Part shown: in pieces, positions 25,050 through 38,904 of the stretch
How the letters are laid out: every line of letters begins with the position of its first letter
How positions within the stretch are numbered: position 1 is the stretch's first letter
From: Okamejei kenojei
Taxonomy: Eukaryota
Length of the DNA stretch: 64,000 bases
NCBI GenBank assembly: GCA_035221665.1
Contig: CM069139.1
Coordinates: 75,020,001-75,084,000, forward strand
Direction of reading: 5' to 3'
Notes under the pieces: model-generated
The model's database searches: none
Told to the model about the DNA's origin: nothing
What the model saw: only the letters and a program-made list of their open reading frames with translations
Translations under genes and position numbers: made by a program

Positions 25050-25998
25050 AGTCATAGCCTTGTGTTGCCGATCTAGTTAGCAACCAACATTTGACTTAGA
25101 AAAGGATATGTGCAGCTTGTGTAGATGAAAGTTGAGCAAAGGGTTATCAGCGAGCAGGATTTCTTCACGTATCCTCTGTTGAATCGAGTCAAACCTAGAC
25201 AGGCATCAAGGTTCACCTTGGGGGTCCCTTGAGTTATTTGAGATTGCACAGAACTGGGTGGAAATTCCAGTTTGTAAGCAAATTACTTGGCTCGCCAAAT
25301 ACGTTACATCGGAAAATCAAGTGGAATCATGTTTAATCCGCTTGGCTGAGGACATTATCCAGGGTTCAGTGAGGGCACTGCATCCCAGTGCCCCTTATCC
25401 ATGTATTGTGGGTGGATGTAGTGCTCATAGACCCAGGTGGAACTATGACCCAGCATGAGACAGGAGAAAAGCATAGAATGGATAGAGTGAGGACCAAAGT
25501 GAAGAACTCCTACACCTCTAGCTCAGCTCTACAATATCCTTGTTCCCCAGTGACACGTGCAATCAGGTTGAGCAGAAAATGGGACATGACACCAGAGACT
25601 CGGGTTCAATGCTAGCTTCTGCTGTGGGAGTTTGCACATTCCCCCTGCAACTGCATGGGTTTACCCCAGGTGCTCTTGTTTCCTCCGCAAAGGCATGTGG
25701 GTCGATAGAGTAACAGTCCACTCTAAATTGTCCCGACTTTGGCGGGAGTTGATGGGAACGTTGGAAAAATAAAAGGCGAAGGGAGGGTGCAATTAATATG
25801 CACGGGTAGTTGATAGTTGCCGCAGATTCAATCGGTCAAAAGGCCTGGTTCTGTGCTGTATCTCCATGATTATGACAACAGAGCAAAGAGTGGATATGAT
25901 TCCTTCTGGTGTTCTCAGTACCACGATACAAGCATCAACATTGCAATCTTTGCATGTGTGTTATTGAGCATGGTCATGTTATCCTTTCTGTTCTGCAG

Positions 25999-26057
25999 GA
26001 GCCTTCAATGCATTCGACAAAGATGGAGATGGAATTATTAAACTGAATGTCCTGGAG
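25999..26057 (+). CDS. CAPN3: Calpain-3 exon 23 equivalent (59 nt)
   Basis: ctgcAG|GAGCCT...CTGGAG|GTAGGT; RAFNAFDKDGDGIIKLNVLE. Confidence 0.96.
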
Positions 26058-27231
26058 GTAGGTGTGACAGCCCCGGTTTATTGCCAAGAAACAGAAGTCC
26101 CGAGTGGGCACTGAAAGGTGTAAATCACACCAGAGGTCCTGACCCAGACATCTGTAACTGTTTGAAGGTGTTGTTTGTTCATTTTTTTTAAATGTTTTCT
26201 GGGAGGAATATGGCATTTCTCCTTTATTGGTGTGCTGGTGCCCAAAGTTTGCAGATTTGCAACAACTTATGTACAGCAGTGTCTATGTGGTCTCCAGTCG
26301 AGAGCTGTGCTGGGTTAGCCCAGCCACCATGGCAGACCATGCTCTCCTCCCTGTCACACCTAGAATCCTGTGACATGTCACGTGATCATTGAGCCAAGCA
26401 TGACGCTAGGTTCTAATAGTTACATTAGCCAAAAGGCCTTGGTCTGAGTAGGCTGAGACATGTATGAGCAGTTTTGGAACTGCCTTGTCAAGTGCCCCAA
26501 TGTGTCACTTGAAATCACAAGCAAAGCAAGAACATGGCGTGCTGTACTCCTAGTTCTGAGATCTCCCCACAACGATCATTGTGTGGAACTCTGAGATCCA
26601 ATTTCTATCAGTATGAGCTGAAACGTGCACTGTGTGACAGCTTACACCATTTGGTCTGCTGCTGACTCTAAGGTCAGGCACACTGATGCTCATCGGCTGA
26701 TTGTGTGATTAGTGCCATTTCACTCAGGAATAATTTCCATCACAATTTACTCCGTTAAAATCCACACGATTGATCCAATTTCCAAGGTAGCCCACGCTAA
26801 GTGTTCTCGATTCCTCCCACATACCATAGGTTTGCAGGTTTATTGGCCTCTGTATGTTATACCTTGTATGCAGGGAGTAGATGCAAAAGTAGGATAACCT
26901 AGAACTAGTTTGAACGGGAGATTGATTGTTGGCGTGGATTCAGAGAGCAGAAGGCATGTTTCCATGCTGTATCTTTACATCAATCAGTTCACCCTACACC
27001 CTTTCTTCTGGTAAAATAAAAGATGGCAGGTTCCTACTCATAAGTTTCCCATCTGTAGTCTTCTCACTGAAAATAGTCTTTGACCTGTGGGCCATTCTCC
27101 TCATTCAAGGGAGAGGGTGATGGTGGGGAGGTAACACAATGTCACCACGCTTTGTTAAAGGTGGCTTGACAGGCAGGAGTCCACACAAAATTATCACTGT
27201 GGGATAATTTTTTATGATCTCATTTCCACAG

Positions 27232-27258
27232 TGGCTGCAGCTTACCATATATGCTTAA
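27232..27258 (+). CDS. CAPN3: Calpain-3 last coding exon with stop codon
   Basis: ccacAG|TGGCTGCAGCTTACCATATATGCTTAA = WLQLTIYA* (human WLQLTMYA*). Confidence 0.95.
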   Translation, partial: WLQLTIYA

Positions 27259-28544
27259 AGGTCACAGGATTCGAGGGTCTGTCAATTACCTCAAACTCAA
27301 CATGCGAACCTCAACAGCACCATCCAGCAAGCCAAACTCCTCGATTCAGTGACATTTGGAATAATCAGGAGAAGGACTTCGCGGCATGAAACTGTCAGAT
27401 CAGTGTGTGTGTGTGTGTGAACCTCTAGGAATTGGAGCACCAGAAACCAATTTAAGGATTTCTTTATTGACCTTGATTAAGTTTTCCAATAACCCCCCTG
27501 ACCCTAGTCTCTCATGGTCAGTAGGTAGCAGCCTGATAATAACTAAAACATCCCAAATTTGGTTGGGATGAGTTAGTGGATCTCACAAGCAGTCGAATCA
27601 CTGGAACAGTACTCAGCATGCCAGGACTAAGGACAGGGATTATCAATCATAGTTTTCCTTATTGTAGTGACTCAAATGGAGCAGTGAGTATGTGGAAAAT
27701 ATCCAGGCTTTTATTAACATTTCTGTTCTGCTATTCGTTATTGTAATTGCCATGGTGGCAACTAAATTGATTAGAGGTTTTGGCATTTAAAACATCTCAG
27801 TACATTGCTACTGGAGCCGACATTATAGAATGTTATTGGACAGTTATTGATTCCAGTGGTTCGTATTTTGTCTTTAATTTCCAGAAGACATTATTTCTTT
27901 GCGGGAGACACATGAGACTGCAGCTGGAATCTTGAGCAAAGAAATAGTGGCGGAGGAACTCAGCAGGTCAGGCAGCATCTGTGGAGGGAAATGGACAGAT
28001 GATGTTTTGAGTCAGGACCCTTCTTCAGAGTAGGGAGGAGAAAAGTAGAAAAGAGAGTTGGGGGAGGGGGCAAAGTATTGCAAGTGGTGGATGGAACAGT
28101 TGATGGAGATTGGCTAGTGAAAAATAAATTAAAGAGTGTCAGATATGTCAAAATGACTGAGTTCTCAAATTAGTTTCTGGCAATGACAAAACTGCAGATG
28201 ACAAGACTGACATAAACTACTGCTAAAACAGTCAGGATTCAAAAATATGTATCCTAGAATCTATTTGCAGCCTGCCAAGGTGAGAATACACAGCACGTTG
28301 GCTGAAAAGCTGAGCTGTGTTGGCCGCTTAAATGGTGTCTGGGTATGAACACAATGTCCCTGGCTGTGAACCAATATCAGTGCAGTTCTGATGCAGTCGG
28401 AAAAGCGGTGGTGGAAATTGACATTGTAATTGCTGGGGAGGTTCATGGCAGAACAGGGTTTCTTTGGCTTTGATAAATTAACAGCACATTAACACGTACT
28501 GGTTTTGGTTCACACGAATTACAACGGCTCACACGTATTACGTT

Positions 28545-29560
28545 CAGCATATAATCCTCCAACATTTTCGCCACCTCCAACAGGATCCCACTACTCGCCA
28601 TATCTTCCTATCTCCACCCCTTTCTGCTTTCTGCAGAGACCGTTCCCTCCGAAACTCCCTGGTCAACCCGTCCCTTCCCCCCAAACCACCCCCTCCCCAG
28701 GTACTTTCCCCTGCAACCACAGGAGATGCAACACCTGTCCCTTAATCTCTCCCCCTTGACTCCATCCAAGGACCCAAACAGTCTTTCCAGGTGAGGCCGA
28801 GGTTCACCTGCAACTCCTCCAACCTCATCTACTGTATCCGCTGTTCCAGGTGTCAATTTCTCTATATTGGCGAGACTAAGCGCAGGCTTGGCGATCGTTT
28901 CACTGAACACTTCCGCTCAGTTCGCCTTAACCTACCTGATCTCCCGGTTGCTCAGCACTTCAAATCCCCCTGCCGTTCCCAATCTGACCTTTTTGTCCTG
29001 GGCCTCCTCCATTGTCAGAGTGAGGCCCAGAGTAAATTGGAGGAACAGCACCTCATATTTCGCTTGTTTAAGAAAGAACTGCAGATGCTGGAAAAATCGA
29101 AGGAAGACAAAAATGCTGGAGAAATTCAGCGGGTGAGGCAGCATCTATGGAGCAAATGGATAGATGATGTTTCGGGTCAAGAAGTCTGAAGAAGGGTCTC
29201 GACCCGAAACGTCACCTATCCCTTCGCTCCATAGATACTGCTTCACCCGCTGAGTTTCTCCAGCATTTTCGCTTGGGTAGTTTACACCCCAGCGGTATGA
29301 ACATTGACTTCTCTAACTTCAGATAGCCCTTGCTTTCTCTATCCATCACCTTCCTCTTCCCAGTTCTCCCACGAGTCTTACTGTCACCGCCTACATTCTA
29401 TCTTTGTCCTGCCCCTTCCCCTGACCTCAGTCTGAAGAAGAGTCTTGACCTGAAATGTCGCCTATTCCTTCTCTCCAGAGATACTGCCTGCTCCGCTGAG
29501 TTACTCTAGCATTTTGTGTCTACCTTCGATTTTACCAGCATCTGCAGTTCTTTCTTACAC
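28545..29560 (+). mobile_element. Penelope-like retroelement 3' part: GIY-YIG endonuclease plus terminal repeat with hammerhead cores, containing a nested insertion
   Basis: FTCNSSNLIYCIRCSRCQFLYIGETKRRLGDRFTEH...EQHLIFRL (GIY-YIG with CxxC); frame resumes LGSLHPSGMNIDFSNF after insertion 29067-29266. Confidence 0.88.
29186..29213 (+). ncRNA. Minimal hammerhead ribozyme core (Penelope type)
   Basis: CTGAAGA-A-GGGTC-TC-GACCC-GAAAC-GTC: conserved CUGANGA and GAAA boxes, 5-bp stem II, GUC site. Confidence 0.7.
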
Positions 29561-32500
29561 ATTACTTTCTTTCCTTCCCTTCATTTTTAATTAATGCATT
29601 ATGTCAATGCCAGAAGCCGTTTGCTCTTAGTTTCTCTCTCAGTTGCTAATCCTAGATGCAAGCTCAACCACTTTCCAACTCACTCTATGCAGAAGTGTTG
29701 TGCCACCCCTACTTTCTAGACCCTGTGGGACGTTAACTAACTAGCCTATTGGGGCAGCTGGTAGGCTGAAAACGACTTAAGGCAAACATTGCTATCAGCC
29801 CTCATTTTCCATGTTGCTGTTATGCTTTGTGACAAATAACCTGATGGCCAGGCACTGTTTCGCATGACATCGGTGGTGTCAATGGTATAGCTACACCCTC
29901 CCCTGCATGCATTCCTCTCCTTGCATTCCCTCTGCTCCATCAGAGAATACTTTTCCCCTCCCCCATCGCTCATCTCCCACCCCTCCGTAATTCGATCACA
30001 TATTTCCTTTCCCACTCTCCCCATCTGCTTCCCCCCAATATTCCTCCCTCTGATACTGCATGCGTCTCCCCATCTTCCATCAGTATTAGATTCCACATCT
30101 GCACCTTTATATCTTCACCTCACAGGTGCTGCCCAATGTGCTGTGCTCTGTGGAGGTATAAAAAACACTTTTAGCTGGGAACTGGATCATATGAACAGAA
30201 CGTTCACCGAGAGAGCATGCAGGGTCATGGTTTAGGGTCTCAACCATGTAACAACCACACTCAAAATGAAGCATTTAAAAGGACTGGAACCACAGGAGAT
30301 GGTTGTTGCGATAAAGAAGGAAGATTGGTACTTTCCTTCTAAATTCTCCACAAATATCCAACCTCCACAAAAAAATTCCAACCTCATTGTGCCCACAAAA
30401 CGATCAGAATTGCAGGTTGGTCAGTTAATGTGTCGGGCTAATTTCACTGAGTTAACTTGTGGATAAATTTGTGTTAATTGCGAATGGAAGTGGCAGGTGG
30501 ACTGAGTGGATCAGGGTGCACAGGGCAAGAACAGTGTTAATACAAGATCTACATTATCGGACTTTGTCTGCATGGACTATGAGCAGATGATTGTTTCCTC
30601 CATGGCTCCATTCCACATTTTTTTCATTTTTATATCCTCATTTCTCAGGATTACATACACAGCATAGCACTTAATTAGCTGGACTAGTTTACAAAGGTCT
30701 ATACTACAGAAGGTGAAAAAAATACTCTGAGTTCTATATACCAGCTGGGAATTTAAATTCAAATAAATAAATAAAATGTTTAAAAAAAGATAGCCTACTA
30801 ATGTCTACCCAGAAAGGAAATTTATTATCCCTACCCAATTTGTTCCTTATGTGACTCCAGACTCCTCACTGTGGTTGAACACAAAATGTCAGCAAACCAC
30901 AGTTCAAGAGGTGTTTGGGATGTATAACAAAAGTTGGCCGTCTAGAAGCTATGACCCCATTCCGATCAGATGATTTAACCCATCCCTTTATTGCAGCAAC
31001 TGCTTTATTGGGGCAGCTGGTAGATTCGCTGTCTCACAGCTCCAGGGACCTCAGTTAAATCCTGACATTGGGTGCTGTGTGTGGGCAGGCGGATTTCCCT
31101 CAAGTACTCCGGTTTTCTCCTGCATCCCAAACACATGCAAGTTGATAGGATAACTGGCAACGTAAAATACTTCTCATATGTTCGTGAATGATAGTATCTG
31201 GTGGGTGTTGATGGTAATGTGAGAGAATAGAATAGGATTAGGGTAGAATTAGTGTAAGTAGGTGCTCAGTGGTTGATGTGGATTTGCTGAGCTAAAAGGT
31301 CTGTTTCATAGCTGTATGATTCCGGCAGACCCTCAAGTGAGGATGACTTAATACATAGCAGAGACTAAACCATTTTGATTTAAAAGTAATTTAACTGAAG
31401 AGAATACCGTAGGAGATAGCTCAAGGTTTACTCAGGAGGAGATACAAGTGTGAAATCATCAGGTTGAACTGGACTGCAGTGCATTGTCATCTTTTGAACT
31501 TGAAAAATAAATATTTCTTTTCCACAAATCTACCCTGGTCTGTTGACTCAGTTTCATGCAGTAACTGTAAGTATAATTGGAATATTTTTTTCTCTGCACA
31601 GGTAAACGTGAAACAGGCAGGTGTCCTTGAATGGGGATATTGGTGGAAGTGATGGATAGGGAATTAACAATTTGTATCTCTGCAAGTGGGCAAAAGGAAT
31701 CTCCAGTGTGTGGGTGGAAGATGCAAGGTTAATGTTCTGATGTGTGGGGATGTGTCCTCTGAGCTGTGAACATTATTGGACTCTAACATCTGAAAAACAT
31801 CTTCACCTGTTACGTATGGAAAACCAATCCCACAAATATTTATGTTGTGCTAAAGATAAATTATGATTAAAATTAACTTCTGCAAAATTTAGAATTACTT
31901 TTACGCGCAATTAAAAAGGAATGCTTTCTGAGTGGCCAAAATATTAATCTTTTGGCAATTATCGTTTACATTAAATAATATTAGATCATGCTCGGTTGAG
32001 GCTGACTGAGATTCTCATAAAGATAATAATGGGAAGTTGCAGACCAACTGGCACGTAGATATAATGCAAGAAAGTTCAATTGGGAAAATAAGTCTTGCCA
32101 TTTTGTTTAAATGGCAAGACTTTGTCAAGCTCTGAGATGTCCATGGATCAGATGGTTTAGGTTTATTATTATCACGTATACAGAGGTACAGTGAAAAGGT
32201 TTGTTTTGCATGGTATTCAATCAGATCACATAATTCTATACATAAATACAATCATGTCAAACTCAAGTACAATAGGTAGACCAAGGGGGAAGGTACAAAG
32301 CACAGAATATCATTGTAGCGCATTCGTTCCATAAAAAAGTCCAATGTCTGCAATGCTGTAGAGGTGAGTTGGACTGTTCTCAAGCTTATGGTAGGATTCG
32401 CAAAGGGCTACTGCACAGGTGAATCAAATGGTTCGGAATCCTAACAGAATGTTATAACAATGGGAAATGCTTGGAGCATTCACTGGGTAATGGGGCACTG

Positions 32501-33686
32501 GAAGATGAAGAGTCAACATTTCAAATCAAAAACTCCTCATAAAAGAATGTTATAGATCACGAGGAGAGTTAAATACAAAAACAGTGTTATATAGAGCACT
32601 GCTGAGGTATATCTGCTGAAATATTATGCACCATATGCACAATATTATATTCCTTATTTAAGGAAGGATTTGATAGCATTGAAAGCAGTTTAACGAAGGT
32701 CAAGTAATAACTGGAATAGGCTGTTTGCACGATGAGGAAAATGTTATGAGAGTTCAGTCACCCTCTGCACCTGCAGTCATCAATTCCTACCCAAATGTAC
32801 TTGTTCAACACTTTGATTATATGCAAGGAAGACCCCCAGATATAAAGCTCTGTGATGATTTAAAAATTATAAATCATGTTGTGATTATCCTAAACATTAT
32901 AGATCGCCATTCTCTTGATGAATCTGCAGACATTTAGTTGACCAGCTGGCATGGTTGCCACATTCCTCCGTCCCATATGTTGTCAGTATCTATCTGCTCC
33001 CCGCACACCATGGCCTTACACTTTAAAGTAGTGCCTTTGCTTGAAAATCTTTCAATTTTAAAATATCTCATCATTTAGTGGTAACTAGTTTTTACTTAAC
33101 TGGCCATTATGCATTGCTACATGGCGTTACACTGTTTTAACAGAGTCAACACAGTTTGAATGAAATAATAATGTTAAACACTAAGGTGCTTTGAAAACAC
33201 TTTAAAATAGACATGCATTTAAAATATGATATTGTTTGTTTAAGCTCTCCCTTACAAATCCCTGTCCTGTTTCCATGTGAACCTCGCATGCTATATTCCT
33301 ATATGCCCTCAATTCCCGTGCTTATCCTTTCTAGAGATTTTGTATTGTCATATTTAATTATGATCGTGTTCAGCATATCATGTGCTTCAATGATCCAGGT
33401 TACAGTCAAAGCTTGTGAAACTTATTCAGACCCCATTTTTAATATCCATCATTTACCATTTTCCCAGCTCTTTCACAAATGGATTACAAATTTCTAGTAC
33501 CAGAGCCATTTGGAACTAGCATCAGAGTCTTTACCTAGACGCATTTGTGCTCAACTGAATAGACCTCAATCAAATTCCTAATTTTTTACATAGGTCTATA
33601 TTGTTAAAATAATTAGTCCTGCTGAGTTCCTCCAACATTTTGTGTCTATTGCAGATGTATCATAGTTGTCCAGTAGGTGTCCTGGT

Positions 33687-33857
33687 TAGAAACATAGAAA
33701 ATAGGTGCAGGAGTAGGCCATTCGGCCCTTCGAGCCTGCACCGCCATTCAATATGATCATGGCTGATCATCCAACTCAGTATCCTGTACCTGCCTTCTCT
33801 CCATACTCCATATCCACTGATCCCTTTAGCCACAAGGACCACATCTAACTCCCTCTT
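33687..33857 (-). mobile_element. CR1 3' end
   Basis: Near-identical to 1600-1775. Confidence 0.85.
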
Positions 33858-35681
33858 TAGCCAAATATCGACCAATTCTGGTTAGGTCATGTGATTAGTT
33901 CCTTGTCTTTTTCAAATGCATACTATAAATTTGATGTTATAGTTTAAGGTAACAGGTATCATTGGGACAAATAAATAAGAAAGATTATTTTGGTGCTCCT
34001 TTTCAAATGTGTTCACCCATAAGTGACAATGATACAATTGGAATTCTCTTTCACTCATCCATCTATTCATTTTACTCCCAACATCAATTTGCCTGAATAA
34101 TATCCAAATGTTTACACTGACTGACTGTTTGATGATCAGTTCCATCACAAGGTTTGTGTCAGTGGTGTGAACAGTTAACACCACTGACACAAACCTTGAG
34201 CCAGGTTTCTCCTGAGCTTTATTCACCATTTCATGATATTTTATCGAGTATCTGTGCATGTCTTCGACTGAATCCTAATCAGGAATTTCTAGTCAGTATG
34301 TCACCTCACATTCATACCCTTATTTGGGATCCAAATATCAGGCCACACATTCCATCTACTACGACAGTGTCTTTAGCTTGCTGGTGATGTTCAAAAGAAC
34401 AGAGAGTCTGGAGATACAGGCTTGAATCTCCATGTCATAGGCAGTGAGACGGTACATGGATAGGAATGTTTCGGAGGGATATGGGCAAGTTTCACTGGCA
34501 CGGTTAGAAGTTCAGAAGCAGTTCTCTGAAAATATTCATAGAAATGGAAACAAGCTTCGATGAAAGAGAACAATTAATTATACTTTTCCTGATTTTTAAC
34601 TCGTCAAACTAATATCCATTAGTAAGTTACACCTGGGCATTCAGGTAATTTAATTCCATTCAAAAACACTTCTGGAAGCTTTACAATTTGGTAGAATAAA
34701 TTTTGCTTTGGGGTCTAGAATATACAATGGACATGACCATTTCATATTCAGGAGCCCTGGGAAATATTTACCATTTTATCTGTAATTTTCATAAAGTTGT
34801 TTAAACATGAAGGCCAGCATTCTCTAGTTAATCGAATCTCAGAAATGTCTAAAAATATCGAGATATATCATGCCTTCATTTATTTTTCCCAATCCTAATC
34901 TCTAGCATTTGGTCAAAGTGCAATGTTGTTTCTCCAATTAAAATGCTATCCCTAGAGACTTCAAGCACATTTCTCTTTCCCAGATCCATAAAATAGTCAA
35001 TAAGTCCCAATGTGTTAAATATGTGTGGCTGACTGACTAAGTCCCCATGCTGCTTTTGTAGATAAGAAATGTCAGAAAGCTATTACTTCATCTTGTGCCC
35101 TGAAACCTGTTGTCATCCATTTGGAAAGAAAAGAATGGAGTCTATTGTGGCTTTGCTTGGAAACCAGAAGGCTATTACTTCTGGGAGAATTTCCATTTAA
35201 AATTAAGCAACGTGAATAAAAGTTAACAGAAAGGGTTAAGCTTAGTGTAGATTTATTCACTATGGCAACTTACATACTGAAGTGTGATTACAATAAACCT
35301 ACACAAACATGGATTGGGAACAGGAGAAGGACACTTGGCTAACCCCCTGCTCCACTAAATAATAAGATAATGGTTGAGATATTGTAACCACATTCCCATC
35401 TACCGTCAGTAGTAACTCACTTGCTTATCACCTGCTTATAATATAGCTCTGCCTTAAAAGTATTCAAAGACTCTGCTCAACCAACCCTTTCAGGAAGAGA
35501 GATCCAAAGACTCGCAATCTTCTGAGAAAACATTCCACTGCATCACTGTCTTAAATAGGTCGTAAATCGTTATTTTTAAATAGTGATAACTAGTTTTAGA
35601 TTGCCTTGCAAAAGATACCACCTCCACTTTCACACCGTCAACACTCAGGTCAACGAGAAGTCCTCCATTGGTTAGAGTGTG

Positions 35682-35851
35682 GGACCAATTTACTGGTGAC
35701 AGATCAGTTTCAAAGTGAGAAAATAACTTCACTAATGAGAAATCAATTTCACTTGTGAGAAACCAGCTTCACTGATGGGAGACTAATTTCATCAGCGAGG
35801 GACCAATTTCACCTGCAAGAACCCAATTTTGTTGCAGGTGAGAGATCAATT
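35682..35851. repeat. Degenerate ~20-bp minisatellite
   Basis: About 8 units resembling GACCAATTTCACTGGTGAGA. Confidence 0.7.
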
Positions 35852-37619
35852 TATGTGGACAGTCATCATTTTCTAAATACTGTTGTACATGCAACTGCCA
35901 GTCAGTGAGTCGGATGCTCTGGTACATGATGTTGTAATCTTAACTTTGACAACTCAGTGAACAATTTGTTTTAAAAATGGACCACAACTAAAATAGTAGC
36001 AATGATTTATATTCCTTCTGAACAGTTAATTCTGCTACAGATATACTGGTTACTGTTTAAGATGTTTTGTGCGTTATAGACTGACATTGTTAGACAATCA
36101 CAGATTATTCGCTTGTTCTATTTTGCACATTGTTCATCATTCTGTATTTAACTGGGTTTCACCCAACCTCACCTACTTGTAGAAGTTGCCCCAAATTCCC
36201 TTTGTTTTTCGTCACAGCCACTGTAATTTGACTGCAAAGCAGTTTCACGATTCGACAGATTGCAGTTTTATGCCTAGATTCATTGCAGATTTTTGTAGTC
36301 AGCATGTCGCTTCACATTCACACCCTCGTTAGGGGTCCAACTTTTATTTTATTCTCCATCTTCCTGCCTATGACACTGTCCATACATGGATATGACTGGT
36401 TTATAGGAATATGGGCCATACGCAGGCAGGTGAGACTCCTGAAGATGGGACATGTTGGTCGATGCGGACAAGTTGGGCCGAAGGGCCTGTTTCCGCATTA
36501 TATGACTCTATGACATCTGACCACACCCCAATCAGTGAGTCTGTACACCCTTCAATTTCCACTCATTTGGGGTCTGAACATCGTGGCCAGGTTTTCTAAT
36601 GCAAAAGGTACCAACGTTAGCTACTTAAAGCAGTTAAGCTTTAAGTAAACAAACTATTTGAAGTTTATTTTTCCTGAGGCAGCTCTGGATTTTATGTTTC
36701 TTTGAGATCATACTTATAGCAAACATATTAACACTTGCAAATCTTCCGTCTCTGCAGTTCCTTAAAGAGAGCGTGGCTGAGGCAATTTAAATATAGTTAT
36801 GTGAGTTGAAATTTAAAGCACAAGTGCAATGCTTGGTCTCCTCTCAGTCCTGAATAGTTATGTTGACGTTCCCTAATTTACATTTGGTGGTATTCAAATG
36901 CTCTCGGCGGACCCCGCCATGTACCTCTTTGTTCTCGGCAAGTCTGTCAGTACATAGTTTCAGAGCAGACTAGGAGGGATTTCTTGTCGAGGAGAATCTT
37001 TCAAATCTTTTACTCCAGAGGTATCAAGGTGTACATGATGGATATTTGACAATAATAATACAGTGATTTGATATCAATATATTAACTGTGAACAGAAACT
37101 TGGATAGGACAGGTTTGGTGGGATATGGACCAAACGTGGGAAGGTGGGACTAGTGTAGCTGGGACATGTTGGCCGGTGTGACCGAAGGGCCTGTTTCCAT
37201 ACTGTATCATCCTCTGAGAAACGGATCTCTTGGCCTCTCAGGCACCAGGTAGAGTCTGATCTGATTCTTGCAACTTCGCATTCCAGTCAACACACAGTAA
37301 CCTCTTACTTTGCTTAACAAGAAACTCTGCTGCAAAAATATTGAAAGACTTATCTTCAACTTTCCTATGAGGAAGAGAGTTCCAGACACTTGCGACGCAT
37401 TGAGAGAGAAAAGGATGTCTGGTCTCTTTCCTAAACTTATTAATCTTTATTTTTAAATGGCGACCCTTAATTCTGGATTCTCCCACATGAGGGAGCATCT
37501 TCCCGCCATCCTACCTATTCACGCCTTGCAGGTGTCTCGTCCCTTTTCCAAATGTCAGTAGGTCCAAACCTTGCCCGCCCAACCCTTTTTCAAAGACAGC
37601 CCTTCCCAGGAAACAGTTA

Positions 37620-37983
37620 GTCACAGAGTCATACAGCGTGGAAACAGAACCTTCGGCCCAACTTACCGACACTGACCAACACGTCCCATCTACACTAATC
37701 CGACCTGCCTGCGTTTGGCCCATAACCTTCTAAACCTGTCCCATCCATGTACATAGGAACCTGAGGGCTACGTTTTTCACACAAAGGGTGGTAGGTGGTG
37801 TGCTACCGCATGAAGTATGAGTTGATGCAGGTAAAATCGCAACATTTAAGAGGCATTTGGATAGGTACACAGATAGGACAGATTTAGAGGGATATGGGCC
37901 AAAAGAAGGCAGGTGGTACTCGTGTAGATAGGACAAGTTGGGCCGAAGTACCTGTTTCCATGATCACTCTATGACTCTGTGAC
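37620..37983. mobile_element. Inverted pair of CR1 3' fragments
   Basis: Starts TCACAGAGTCATA and ends TATGACTCTGTGAC; internal segments are complementary. Confidence 0.65.
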
Positions 37984-38904
37984 AAATAGCTACGTGGAAG
38001 GTGGACATTATGCATTTCGTGTCCACGTCCGGTCAAGATCTCCCCTTGCTGCTCTTGATCGACATACCCAGTGGTCTCCATGCTAATTCCCATCCAACTT
38101 CTGTTTTAATGTGGCGGGAGTCGCTGCCTCCACCACCCTTTCATACAGTGAGTTTCAGACCCCGCCACTCTCCCGGTGAAAACATTTTTCATCATCACGC
38201 CTTTAATGCTTCACCTATAACTTTAAATCTAATCCGCCTGTTTTTGACCCACTGCTCTGGGGAAATACATTGAACATCTGAAATGTACCCGGGGTCTCAT
38301 AATGCATTATGTGCCTCAAATTGAACCCCCCCCCCCCCCCCCCCTCAACCGCCTTCATGAATTGCAAACGTCGTGATCGTCGTTTCCTTCTGTCTGTGTC
38401 AGTCGTTTAAAGAACCTGGTCAATTTCAAAGAATACTATGAGGAATTCCTAATGGTTCGGCATCCGGCATCCGGTTCATCGGGTGAGGTTTCCTGCACGA
38501 CCTGAAACTCATCAGGGCACCGGTTCCGGCGCTATCCCGGTTCCCGGTTATTGTTGAAACGTACTAGGACTTGAAACAAACATTTTTCACTGCAAAATTG
38601 ATGGTAATAAAAACTGATGTCAACGGCATCGGCTATTAATAACATCCAGTAGCCTGGCAAATTGGATCCGACAGACCGATGGTCGCAGATGAATGGACTA
38701 GTCAAGGTTGCAGGCACAGTTCCCACCTCCTTTTCCCCACTTTTCGGATTCGCTCACGCACATGTTTCACCCCCGCATCGTAAAATAGCTGAATGTCACG
38801 GGGGTCACACAGTCCCGAATGTGAGCCCACATCTTGGATTAAAATCTGCAACAGTTAATGCTGATAATGTCACCTCTGATAAATGATCACATGGGGATAA
38901 ATTA

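Noticed and set aside
31585-31625. Strong acceptor immediately followed by GT (tctctgcacAG|GTAAAC)
   Set aside because: Downstream of the CAPN3 stop with no linked coding exon; cannot be supported without transcript data
35682-35851. Regularly spaced repeats suggestive of a CRISPR array
   Set aside because: Eukaryotic context; contiguous degenerate 20-bp units with no unique spacers, so a minisatellite
27259-38000. Expected ZNF106 3' exons and a CAPN3 poly(A) signal
   Set aside because: No recognisable ZNF106 coding sequence and no unambiguous AATAAA close to the stop codon
38480-38520. Minus-strand CTGATGA...GAAACCTC hammerhead-like string
   Set aside because: Stem II closing pair and stem I cannot be formed convincingly
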